Source of the DNA: Armatimonadota bacterium
Lineage (GTDB): Bacteria > Armatimonadota > UBA5829 > DTLH01
Assembly (NCBI GenBank): GCA_039680575.1
Contig: JBDKSP010000028.1
Span: forward strand, 1-18,618
Direction of reading: 5' to 3'
Length of the DNA stretch: 18,618 nucleotides
Part shown: positions 7,654 to 16,012 of the stretch, in pieces
How the letters are laid out: every line of letters starts with the position of its first letter
Numbering within the stretch: the stretch's first letter is position 1
The notes under the pieces: model-generated
What the model saw: only the letters and a program-made list of their open reading frames with translations
Database searches by the model: none
What the model was told of the DNA's origin: nothing
Position numbers and translations under genes: made by a program

Positions 7654-7682
7654 GAACCCCCGCCGAATTCGGTCGGGGGTTC
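7654..7682. terminator. GC-rich hairpin between convergent comF and csp
   Basis: GAACCCCCG-CCGAATTCGGT-CGGGGGTTC inverted repeat; the U-tracts are weak. Confidence 0.6.
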
Positions 7683-7701
7683 ATGGGGTAATTATCAACG
7701 A

Positions 7702-7905
7702 TTATTCCACTATGGATACGTTGGCAGCTTGTGGGCCTTTCGGACCTTCGGCTACCTCGAATTCGACTTGTTGCCCCTCAAAAAGACTTTTCCGTCCAGC
7801 GCCGTTTATCGCGGAGTAGTGAACGAATACATCATTCCCATCACTGGTTGAGATGAATCCGTAACCTTTCGCGTCGCTGAACCATTTGACGGTTCCTGTT
7901 AGCAA
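7702..7905 (-). CDS. cspA: Cold-shock protein (CspA family)
   Basis: 67 aa from TTG 7905 (purine-rich AAGGGGGG upstream). GTVKWF, RNP1 KGYGFI, RNP2 VFVHY, GPQAANV. Confidence 0.93.
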   Translation of the reverse strand: MLTGTVKWFSDAKGYGFISTSDGNDVFVHYSAINGAGRKSLFEGQQVEFEVAEGPKGPQAANVSIVE

Positions 7906-8036
7906 ACCCCAACCCCCCTTCGGCTGCGTCAAGTTCAAGCAAGGTCGAAGGCGAGGCCAGTACGCCATCCAAATGCGACAGAGATGCTTGCACTCAAACG
8001 GATACAATATGACAGCTTGCTACAACTGCCTCTTGG

Positions 8037-8065
8037 ATTATAGCGGCTGTCGCATAGTTTGTAAA
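8037..8065 (-). promoter_or_regulatory. Sigma70-type promoter of csp gene
   Basis: TTTACA-17 nt-TATAAT on the minus strand, implying a 5' UTR of about 125 nt. Confidence 0.7.
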
Positions 8066-8130
8066 TACATAGATGGTAAAAATTGTGAAACTATCTCGGA
8101 TTTAGGGTTCACGTCAGTCAGACTGCTTGT

Positions 8131-8156
8131 GTTTAATCATAATTGGCCGAGGGTAC
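8131..8156 (+). promoter_or_regulatory. SigB/SigF-like promoter candidate
   Basis: GTTTAA-14 nt-GGGTAC about 55 bp upstream of the DUF1540-like gene; resembles the SigB consensus GTTTAA-N12-14-GGGWAW. Confidence 0.4.
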
Positions 8157-8212
8157 GACTCTATCGATTGAATTAGCGATATAACGGTTGACTGGTAAGG
8201 AGGTGAGGTTTC

Positions 8213-8422
8213 ATGGATAAGCCAATGCAAACGGAAGGTTCCGGCAAGGTAGTGCTTTGTTCGGCGCGTGATTGTGCTTACAATGAGAACACAAAATGTA
8301 TCGCGGATGCAGTCCACGTCAACCTGCATCAGGATCATGCCGACTGCAATACATATACTCAAAACCAGCATTCCGCCGGCTGGATGGGGCAGTCCGGACA
8401 AACAGGCGGACAGCAAATGTAA
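8213..8422 (+). CDS. DUF1540-like small Cys-rich protein
   Basis: 69 aa with pattern C....C.YN....C.A..V.V.......C.TY and a strong SD AAGGAGGT. Confidence 0.8.
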   Translation: MDKPMQTEGSGKVVLCSARDCAYNENTKCIADAVHVNLHQDHADCNTYTQNQHSAGWMGQSGQTGGQQM

Positions 8423-8431
8423 ATTCTCCCG

Positions 8432-8458
8432 GCAGGGGCGGAAAACGCTCCTGCTATT
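8432..8458 (+). terminator. Probable intrinsic terminator after the DUF1540-like gene
   Basis: GCAGGGGCG-GAAAA-CGCTCCTGC followed by TATT. Confidence 0.5.
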
Positions 8459-8624
8459 CCTCCAAATTATAAACCTCTCATGTCGGAAGGTAAAATCACC
8501 GATTATGTGTAAGAGTGTATTGTAGCACTCTTGGCCTTTATGAATTCGCTTTTGGGTGTTATTATAAATTAACTGATCAGATCGTTTTGAGTAAGGGATA
8601 AAAATATAACAGGAGGGGTAATCA

Positions 8625-10922
8625 GTGCCTTTTCTTCTTACTGCAGTAACTGCAATCGCACTTCTTTTTTCCGGGCCGGTAATGGCTGGAACAGACCATG
8701 TCGATGTTCGGAGCATGGTAGGCGCCGCGACGGTCACATCATCGGAGAGTGGTTTTACCGCTCCATCCAGGGCAGCAATTGCCGATTTGTATGAGAAATC
8801 ACAGGCTACATGTGCCAGGATTAGCTGTAAATGGGGTGACATAGAGAAACAGGACCCCCAAGTAGATAACTGGTCGGTTCTCGATTCAGACCCGATGATG
8901 AAGTTCAGTAGGACAAAGATCGTGAGCATCGATCTGACCTGTCAGTGGGCTGAAAAGTTCAAACATCAGGATCCGAATAGATATTGGACCGCTGTAGAGA
9001 AGTTCGTTCGTGAGCTTACGAAGCATTGTAATGAACGGGGAATAAAATATTTCCACATAGCAGGCCGACAGTATAACAGACTCGACCGTACAGACTGGCC
9101 GGTGCTTGTAGTCGAGCCGCTAATACATCTTTATCCGGTAATAAAGTCCGTCGATAAGGATAATGTAGTGATCGGCGGTAATCTTTACGGCGGAACCGAT
9201 GAAGATGTGCAGTCGCTTTACCGTGCCGGAATCAAAGGGTACTTCGATGTTCTGGAAATCCATCCCTATACCGATAAGCCCGGACTTGGTGTAGATATCG
9301 ATCAAATCGTATCAGCCCACCAGGCAATGAAAAGGAACGGCGATGGTGACAAGCAGATATTCATCGGCGAAGGGTGGGGGCCGGAGTTCGTAGACGGTAT
9401 TACCAATCGGGACGAGGAGTTGAATATCCTCCGAACCTATCTTGTGAATGGGTATAGAAGGCTTTTGACTTCCGATGAGGGCTACGATCCTTACTGGGTG
9501 CTCGGAGCGCTTTTTAACTCCATGAGTGATTATCAGATCGGGTCGAGCTATAAAAACAGGGCGAAAAAGGTAGACGAGGATGGCGACGGCAGAGTAGACT
9601 GCACACTCGTCGACGGTTATCGTCTTCCCGCTGATGCGAATACAGACCGGAAATTCTTCAACTGTGGTCTGTGTGACATCGATGGGAAACCTAAAGGCAA
9701 TCTGCTCGATCTCCTCGGTGTAAATTTGAAAATCGAGATGGCGGGAAGCACAAGCGGTAGTGGATTAGCTCTCACCTATCTGCCTGGTATTCCCTACAAC
9801 CTTACCGTAGAGGCTTATAATGTGATGGACGAGCCGGTCGAAGCGCCGAATATTGCGCTTGAGGCGGATGATCCGGCTGTTGTCATTAAAGATAATGGCG
9901 GTGTAATTCCGGCGGTTTTGAACGGGACCACACGTATCAAACGTGACTTCACAGTAACTATTCCCGATGAGCTGGCGGGCAGCAGGGTGCGTTTCACGGG
10001 CAAATTCTCATTCAAATGGAAGGGCGACGCTTACTGCATAAGTAATCGCACGGAAATGGTTACGAGCAAGCTTGTCGAAGCCAGTGTTATGCCTTCCAGC
10101 CTGATTATGCCGGGTGTAAAGCAGTTCGGTGTAGCTGTCATAAACCATAGCCAGGAGGATATAAAGGTTCACGTTTCTCCAGATCTTCCAGAAGGTGTAC
10201 GGATCAACCCTGCAGCAGCCGATACGAAGGTCGAGCCTATGGGATTGGAAACAGTCACATTCTCTACAGCTTTAGCGCCTGGGCTCAAAACAGGCAGAAA
10301 CCAGGCGAAGGTGCTTATGGATGGCAAGCCGGTGAAGACCTTCGATGTTGTTGTCCCGGCGGTGGCTGCAAGAGAGCAGATAAAGGTTGACGGCAGTCTT
10401 AACGAGTGGCAGTCCGCTCCCATACCTTTCGGAATGGAACTCGAGTCCGCTGTACGGTTTGCTTATGACGATAAGGCGCTTTATATTGCAGTCGAGACGA
10501 AAGACCCGGTTCACAGACAGCCCTATTCAGGGTTGGAAGTATGGAGAGGAGACTCCGTACGGGTTGCAATCGATCCATTAATGGATGGTGCGCTGACCCA
10601 ATCCGGTGGGTACCGTGATGATGACCATGAGTTCGTATTTGCAACTGACGGCACTCACTCGACAGCGAGCAGGCTCTTTGGCAAACCTGGGACCAGTGGC
10701 GCAAGCGTAATATGCTATATCTCGAATGATAAGAAAGCGGTATACGAGATCGCCATTCCGTGGAGTGAGGTTGCGCCATTCGTATCAAATGGCGAGAAGA
10801 TGTTTGCTGTTTCGATTCTTGTGAATGACATCGGCTCCGGGCTGAAGCAATCAGTGTGGGGCGGCGGTATTGCAGGAAAGAAAGATCCCGGCGAGTTCCT
10901 GCCGGTCAGACTGGCTCAATAA
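8625..10922 (+). CDS. Secreted multidomain protein: clan GH-A-like TIM barrel, Ig-like domains, C-terminal CBM9-like sugar-binding domain
   Basis: Signal peptide, YFDVLEIHPY and KQIFIGEG barrel motifs, C-terminal IKVDGSLNEW..AYDDKALYIAV..D..W.GDSV..YEIAIPW. GTG start with SD AGGAGG. Confidence 0.75.
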   Translation: MPFLLTAVTAIALLFSGPVMAGTDHVDVRSMVGAATVTSSESGFTAPSRAAIADLYEKSQATCARISCKWGDIEKQDPQVDNWSVLDSDPMMKFSRTKIVSIDLTCQWAEKFKHQDPNRYWTAVEKFVRELTKHCNERGIKYFHIAGRQYNRLDRTDWPVLVVEPLIHLYPVIKSVDKDNVVIGGNLYGGTDEDVQSLYRAGIKGYFDVLEIHPYTDKPGLGVDIDQIVSAHQAMKRNGDGDKQIFIGEGWGPEFVDGITNRDEELNILRTYLVNGYRRLLTSDEGYDPYWVLGALFNSMSDYQIGSSYKNRAKKVDEDGDGRVDCTLVDGYRLPADANTDRKFFNCGLCDIDGKPKGNLLDLLGVNLKIEMAGSTSGSGLALTYLPGIPYNLTVEAYNVMDEPVEAPNIALEADDPAVVIKDNGGVIPAVLNGTTRIKRDFTVTIPDELAGSRVRFTGKFSFKWKGDAYCISNRTEMVTSKLVEASVMPSSLIMPGVKQFGVAVINHSQEDIKVHVSPDLPEGVRINPAAADTKVEPMGLETVTFSTALAPGLKTGRNQAKVLMDGKPVKTFDVVVPAVAAREQIKVDGSLNEWQSAPIPFGMELESAVRFAYDDKALYIAVETKDPVHRQPYSGLEVWRGDSVRVAIDPLMDGALTQSGGYRDDDHEFVFATDGTHSTASRLFGKPGTSGASVICYISNDKKAVYEIAIPWSEVAPFVSNGEKMFAVSILVNDIGSGLKQSVWGGGIAGKKDPGEFLPVRLAQ

Positions 10923-10925
10923 ACT

Positions 10926-10962
10926 AAAAGCCCCCAGCCGATTCATATGGCTGGGGGCTTTT
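10926..10962. terminator. Bidirectional intrinsic terminator
   Basis: AAAAGCCCCCAGCC-loop-GGCTGGGGGCTTTT between convergent stop codons. Confidence 0.9.
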
Positions 10963-10963
10963 C

Positions 10964-11908
10964 TTAACCCTCAGGTAATTCTTTTCCGACTATTCTTCGA
11001 TATGCTTCTCTATATCTGGCGCTGGTCTTTTCGATGATCTCCTCAGGCAGCTCAGGACCGGGATATGTCTTGTTCCAGTCAAGAGTTTCCAGGTAATCAC
11101 GGACAAACTGCTTGTCGAACGACAGTTGAGACCTTCCAGGCTCATAGTCCGCCGCGTCCCAGAAGCGGGAAGAGTCCGGCGTCAGGACTTCATCGATCAG
11201 GATGATCTTGCCGTCGAGTATACCGAACTCGAATTTGGTATCGGAAATTATGATGCCCCTGGAAAGGGTGTATTCGGAAGCTTTTTTATAGATTGTCAGG
11301 CTCAATCGTTCGAGTTCGTCTACAATCTCTTTCCCGATTATGTCTCTTGCCTGGTCCGCGCTGATGTTTATATCATGGCCGCTCGACTCTTTGGTCGACG
11401 GAGTAAAAACGGGTTGCGGAAGCCGGTCAGACTCGACAAGGTTGGATGGAAGGGTTACACCATAAAGTGTAACTGTATCCGTACTCCCCGCTTTTGCAAC
11501 GAGTCTCTTATATTCATTCCATGCCGATCCAGCGAGATAGCCTCTGACGACGCACTCTATAGGAACGGATTTTGCCTTAGCGCCCAGCATTGACCTGCCA
11601 CGGAGCGTCTCTCGATATTCATCAGCATCAGGCATTCCGGACTTTTTCAGCCGCGCGACAATTTCGTCTGCATCTGCTGTAATCAAGTGGTTGTCTACTA
11701 TGTCCCCCGTCATATCGAACCAGAAAAGGGAGAGCTGCGTGAGGACTTTACCTTTATCGGGGATACCATCCGGCAGTACGACATCGAAAGCGGATAGCCG
11801 GTCCGATGTTACCAAGAGGAGCGAATCTCCCAGGTCGTATACATCTCTGACTTTTCCTGTTATGAACTTTTGGACTCCCGGTAAATCGGTTGAACGAACA
11901 ATTGTCAT
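10964..11908 (-). CDS. purC: Phosphoribosylaminoimidazole-succinocarboxamide (SAICAR) synthase
   Basis: GKVRDVY, SDRLSAFD, ECVVRGYLAGS, DTKFEFG, DEVLTPDSSRFW, DKQFVRD. Start ATG 11908 with SD AGGAG. Confidence 0.97.
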   Translation of the reverse strand: MTIVRSTDLPGVQKFITGKVRDVYDLGDSLLLVTSDRLSAFDVVLPDGIPDKGKVLTQLSLFWFDMTGDIVDNHLITADADEIVARLKKSGMPDADEYRETLRGRSMLGAKAKSVPIECVVRGYLAGSAWNEYKRLVAKAGSTDTVTLYGVTLPSNLVESDRLPQPVFTPSTKESSGHDINISADQARDIIGKEIVDELERLSLTIYKKASEYTLSRGIIISDTKFEFGILDGKIILIDEVLTPDSSRFWDAADYEPGRSQLSFDKQFVRDYLETLDWNKTYPGPELPEEIIEKTSARYREAYRRIVGKELPEG

Positions 11909-11921
11909 CTGATCAAAACTC

Positions 11922-12404
11922 CTAGGGGACCGGGCGGATGACGACGAGCGGTTGTCCCTGTTGGACCAGCTTTCCGTTTTCGACGGGAAGCTCAACGACT
12001 TCTCCCGAAACTTCCGACGGGATTTCGCTGAAGACCTTCATAGCCTCGATCAGTCCGACAGTCTGGCCGATTTCGATAACATCGCCTACCTCGACGAATG
12101 GAGGGGTGTCCGGCGATTGAGCACGGTAGAACACACCGACCATTGGAGATTCGATAGTTATGAGGTTAGATGGTTCAGCCGTTTCTTCAAAATACTCTTC
12201 CAATGGTTCTTCATACTCGACCGGATATGCGAGTCCTTGTGGGACAGATCCCTGCGGTATTTGCACGATATGAGCCTGATGCTCAACCGCGCCCTTCACG
12301 GTGATAGTAACACCGTGTTCTTCGACGGTCAGTTCAGCAAGTTTATGCTCTTCAACCAGCTTTACAAGTTCTTCGACCTGCTTGATGTCAACGTCTTCCG
12401 TCAA
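11922..12404 (-). CDS. accB: Acetyl-CoA carboxylase biotin carboxyl carrier protein
   Basis: SPMVGVFY, PFVEVGD and the biotinylation motif EAMK. TTG 12404 has SD AGGAG 6 nt upstream; alternative start is TTG 12419. Confidence 0.93.
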   Translation of the reverse strand: MTEDVDIKQVEELVKLVEEHKLAELTVEEHGVTITVKGAVEHQAHIVQIPQGSVPQGLAYPVEYEEPLEEYFEETAEPSNLITIESPMVGVFYRAQSPDTPPFVEVGDVIEIGQTVGLIEAMKVFSEIPSEVSGEVVELPVENGKLVQQGQPLVVIRPVP

Positions 12405-12453
12405 ATTCGTCTCCTGCAAAATGCGGGCTCAAGCCCGATCCGTAATAGCGCTT

Positions 12454-12493
12454 AAATTAAAATGACGGAGGGTTTTATACCTGTCTCCGTCAC
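12454..12493 (-). terminator. Terminator-like hairpin inside the accB leader
   Basis: Minus strand TGACGGAG-ACAGGTATAAAACC-CTCCGTCA-TTTTAATTT. Confidence 0.5.
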
Positions 12494-12509
12494 TCGCCAC
12501 AACAGGCAA

Positions 12510-12538
12510 AGTATATCATTCGGCAGGTCCATCGTCAA
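12510..12538 (-). promoter_or_regulatory. Sigma70-type promoter for accB-purC
   Basis: TTGACG-17 nt-TATACT with extended -10 TGn. Confidence 0.75.
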
Positions 12539-12540
12539 GC

Positions 12541-12569
12541 TTGACCTGGTTTATGCTGCCTGATATACT
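12541..12569 (+). promoter_or_regulatory. Sigma70-type promoter for the wza/wzc-like pair
   Basis: TTGACC-17 nt-TATACT with extended -10 TGn. Confidence 0.75.
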
Positions 12570-12628
12570 ATGATCACCATGGCTGCCCGTAATATTATGG
12601 GGCTAAATGTGAAACAGGGACATCTGAG

Positions 12629-14254
12629 GTGGAATTTAGCTTGGGAAGAGCATATTTCTTAGCCTTGTTGCTTTTAACCATTGTCGCAGTGCCCGCTGCA
12701 CTTTCCCAGAGGGCTGATTCCGGCGATACAGCCAGCTTAGCGGTGGTTGCGCCGGTAGACCTGTCAGGCGACAGAATCAGTATCTCAACTGAGTTAGAAT
12801 CGCTTGCGCTCGATGACAGCATACGTTCATCTTTTTATATATCCCCGGACTATCTTATAGGTCCCGGCGATCTGCTTGCCGTGGATGTAAGGGGAAGAGT
12901 GGACCTGCACTATGGTCGGGAAAAGTCCGAGCAGGATACAACCACGAAAGATAATCCGCTAAATGTGTACTCTGTGCTGCACGATGGGACAGTCAACCTT
13001 CCGGTTATAGGCCCGGTAGAGGCTGCAGGCAAAACAATCCTCGAGTTGAGAGCGATAGTCAAGGAAAAACTATCGGCATATTACAAACATTTCGACGTCG
13101 ATATAAGCATCTCCAGGCCTGCAACCATTAAAGTGTGGGTAAGTGGGATGATAGCTAACCCGGGACCGCAGGTTCTTCCTTCATCCGCGACACTGCTCGA
13201 AGCGCTTCTCAAGGCTGTAGTACAGCCTACGGGGTCAACACGCAGAGTAAGGTTGACCAGAAACGGCAAGAGCAGTGTAGTTGACGTTTTCAAAATGGTA
13301 TCCAGGGGTGAGTTGGAGGCAAATGTCACACTTAAGGGCGGCGATGTAATCTACGTGCCTCCTGCGCTCGAGTGGGTGTCGGTAATCGGTGAAGTATCAC
13401 GGCAGGGGCAGTTCGAGATGGTCCCGCTTTATCCCAAGACAGCGAACGAGTGCCGTGTCAGTGATGTGATGGAGCTTTGCCAGGGGCTGCTGCCGACCGC
13501 TGCAGAAACGAATGCCGTAATCAATCGCCGTAATGCCGATGGCAGTGTAAAAGCCATTCACATCGATCTGTCAGGACACGATAACCCGGTCCTTCAGCTT
13601 GGAGACAGACTTATTATCCCATCCATCTTCGATTACCTGCCGACAATACGTCTGGTGGGGGAATTCAAAGGTGATGGAGTCTATCAAAGAGCAGCGGGAA
13701 ACATATTGAACAAATCGGGTGTTTATCGTCTGGCGAAAGGCGAAACAGCTGGAGATGTGATAGTCAGGACCGGGGGCGCAACTCCGCAGGCAGACCTGAA
13801 ACATGCGAAGATCGAGCGCCGGAGCGGCGACAAGACCGAGATCATCGCGCTCGATCTGGATAGTGTTATCACGCGGCAGGACAAGTCCGCGGATGTCGTT
13901 TTAAAAAGCGGTGACACGCTTATTCTACCTGCCTTGCAGGACAAGGTATATGTATTTGGCGAGGTAGCGAAGCCCGGCGGGTTCTCTTACGAGCCGGATG
14001 GGAAACTCCTCGATTATGTAGCGCAGGCCGGCGGCCCGGGAGGAAGAGCGAAATCGTCTGTTGTCATCGTCCGGGCGGCTTCCAATGGCAACGAGTTTAT
14101 AAAAGCAGATATCGCAAATGGGATGAAAGGGAAAGCTAAAGACAATCCCGTTATGCAGCCCGGTGATATCGTTTATGTGTCCGAGAAGATAATAAGCGAC
14201 TGGCGTGATTTCTCGCAGATCATATCTACAATCAGGTTATTAACACTCTTTTAG
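12629..14254 (+). CDS. Polysaccharide export protein (OPX/Wza-like, Poly_export + multiple SLBB domains)
   Basis: Signal peptide, YLIGPGD.L and DGTVNLPVIGPV.AAGKT, four SLBB repeats (V.V.G.V..PG ... L..GD.I.VP). Confidence 0.88.
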   Translation: MEFSLGRAYFLALLLLTIVAVPAALSQRADSGDTASLAVVAPVDLSGDRISISTELESLALDDSIRSSFYISPDYLIGPGDLLAVDVRGRVDLHYGREKSEQDTTTKDNPLNVYSVLHDGTVNLPVIGPVEAAGKTILELRAIVKEKLSAYYKHFDVDISISRPATIKVWVSGMIANPGPQVLPSSATLLEALLKAVVQPTGSTRRVRLTRNGKSSVVDVFKMVSRGELEANVTLKGGDVIYVPPALEWVSVIGEVSRQGQFEMVPLYPKTANECRVSDVMELCQGLLPTAAETNAVINRRNADGSVKAIHIDLSGHDNPVLQLGDRLIIPSIFDYLPTIRLVGEFKGDGVYQRAAGNILNKSGVYRLAKGETAGDVIVRTGGATPQADLKHAKIERRSGDKTEIIALDLDSVITRQDKSADVVLKSGDTLILPALQDKVYVFGEVAKPGGFSYEPDGKLLDYVAQAGGPGGRAKSSVVIVRAASNGNEFIKADIANGMKGKAKDNPVMQPGDIVYVSEKIISDWRDFSQIISTIRLLTLF

Positions 14255-14257
14255 CTT

Positions 14258-15685
14258 ATGGAAGACATAAATCTCATTGATTACTTGCAGGTGATATGGC
14301 GTAGGCGGACGATGGTCCTCATAATCGGGATCGTCGTGACGCTGGTTGCGCTTGCCGTACTCCTTTTGACGCCCCATACGTACAGGAGTAAGGCAGTGCT
14401 TATATTCCCTAGTTCTAAGCAGTCCTCAGCAGCGGGATTACTTTCCAGCCTGGGTGTCTCCAGTATAGGCGACTTTGATATGTCGAGCGGTAATAGTCCC
14501 GAGATGTATACGGGAATACTGAAGAGCAGGACATTAAGCGAGCAGGTAGGACGCGAGCTTAAACTCGGCAAGATTATGGATAACTATTCAGCGCTTCAGA
14601 ACGATATTGAAGTGATGAAAACGAAAGAAGGAACGCTGGAAATCTATTGTTGTGTTCCAACTACTTGGATAGAGAAGGGCAATCCCGGTATAAAACTGGA
14701 AGGTAGTAATGTAGATGAAAAGACTGCGAGCCTTTCCGCCGAGATGGCGAACATGTATATCCGAAAACTGCAGGAGTTCGATAAAGAGCATTCTATTAAT
14801 ACAGGCCATCGGAAAAGAGTGTTTCTTGAAAAGGAAGTAGATAAGACAAGCAGAGAGCTTTCCGATGCAGAGAATACACTGCGGAAGTTCAAAGAGTCTA
14901 ATCCGGCGCTGCCTCCTCCCGAGACTGAAAGCCAGCAGGTCGAGCAGTTGATCTCGCTTCGTACACTGCAAATCCAGGCTGAAACTGAAGCCAGTGAGAC
15001 AGAAAAGAGTATTGAAGAGGCAAAAGCAACAGTCGAGGACCATGAAGCCGTTATCGAAGCCTCGAAGGTAATCCAGGAGAACGCCGTTGTAAGCCAGCTC
15101 AAGTCGAAACTCGCTGAAGCTGAGGTGTTAAGAGCAAGCCTTCTTGAAGACATGACCGAAAAATCACCTGATGTTGTGACTGCGACACATGATATAGAGA
15201 AGATAAAGGAACAGATAAAGGCCGAGGTACCTAGAATAACGGCAAGTGAGATTCTTCAGATAAATCCAGTCCGTCAGGAGTTGGTTCAGGAAATAGCACA
15301 ATTAGAGATCAAAAAGAGCGGAGTTCAGGCAAGGCTGGACACGCTCAATAAGATCCTGACACGTGTTGAGGGCGAAATATCCGGTGATGTCAAAAACCAG
15401 ATGCGCTACATCAGAATAACGCGCAACGTTAAGGCACTGGAAGCGGTTTATACATCGCTTCTCGCGCAGTTAAGCCAGGCGAAAGTGCTTGAGGCAAGGG
15501 ACCCTGAAGGGTTTACTGTCCTGGATTGGGCTGTCGCTGAAAAATGTTATTACAAACCAAGGACTAAGATAATGCTCGTTGCAGCACTATTCCTGGGCAT
15601 GCTTGTTGGCTGCGTAGTGGCTCTAGTCGTTGAGAGTTCCCGCCCTTTGCGGAAAAGAAAAGTGGTACGGCAGATCGAAGGCTGA
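14258..15685 (+). CDS. Polysaccharide co-polymerase (Wzz/Wzc/GumC family) without kinase domain
   Basis: INLIDYLQVIWRRR plus TM, ILKSRTL, a long coiled coil with SPDV, C-terminal VLD.A....KP plus TM. No Walker A follows. Confidence 0.88.
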   Translation: MEDINLIDYLQVIWRRRTMVLIIGIVVTLVALAVLLLTPHTYRSKAVLIFPSSKQSSAAGLLSSLGVSSIGDFDMSSGNSPEMYTGILKSRTLSEQVGRELKLGKIMDNYSALQNDIEVMKTKEGTLEIYCCVPTTWIEKGNPGIKLEGSNVDEKTASLSAEMANMYIRKLQEFDKEHSINTGHRKRVFLEKEVDKTSRELSDAENTLRKFKESNPALPPPETESQQVEQLISLRTLQIQAETEASETEKSIEEAKATVEDHEAVIEASKVIQENAVVSQLKSKLAEAEVLRASLLEDMTEKSPDVVTATHDIEKIKEQIKAEVPRITASEILQINPVRQELVQEIAQLEIKKSGVQARLDTLNKILTRVEGEISGDVKNQMRYIRITRNVKALEAVYTSLLAQLSQAKVLEARDPEGFTVLDWAVAEKCYYKPRTKIMLVAALFLGMLVGCVVALVVESSRPLRKRKVVRQIEG

Positions 15686-15711
15686 AAGGTTTTTCGAGTT
15701 TTAAGAAAAAT

Positions 15712-15744
15712 AATGGTCCAGGGCTTTTGCCTCGGACCATTTTT
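15712..15744 (+). terminator. Intrinsic terminator
   Basis: AATGGTCCAGGGC-TTTT-GCCTCGGACCATT-TTT, with an A-run upstream (possibly bidirectional). Confidence 0.7.
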
Positions 15745-15764
15745 ACTTGTATCTATTATTACAA

Positions 15765-15967
15765 CGTTGTCTTGAACTTCCACAGCGTCATGCTAAACCT
15801 CCAAAACGCCATGCAGAACCTCCAAAACGCTATGCTGAACCTCTAAAACGTCATGTCGAACTCCCAAACGTCATGCCGAACTCCCAAACGTCATGCTGAA
15901 CTTGATTCAGCATCCAGTGGACCCTAAACTAAGGAGTTTCAGGGTGACATTAACGTTCAGGGTGACG
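15765..15967. repeat. CGTC-type REP-like element with tandemly reiterated ends
   Basis: Six 20-21 bp units (consensus CGTCATGCTGAACCTCCAAAA, 15765-15888), then CGTCATGCTGAA-CTTGA-TTCAGCAT, a second hairpin ACCCTAAACT-AAGG-AGTTTCAGGGT, and TTCAGGGTGAC twice, ending in GACG. Confidence 0.85.
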
Positions 15968-16012
15968 TAATTGTCGTTAGGTTGGCGTCTTCCACTTACT
16001 TATCGTGGAAGT

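Noticed and set aside
8522..8548. CIRCE element (TAGCACTC here; GAGTGCCAA at about 18384)
   Set aside because: Each is a lone half-site with no partner at 9-bp spacing.
8114..8929. 271-aa minus-strand ORF
   Set aside because: It is antisense to two well-supported genes with strong SDs and has no recognisable motifs.
15765..15914. CRISPR array
   Set aside because: Units are contiguous 20-21 bp repeats with no unique spacers, and there are no cas genes.
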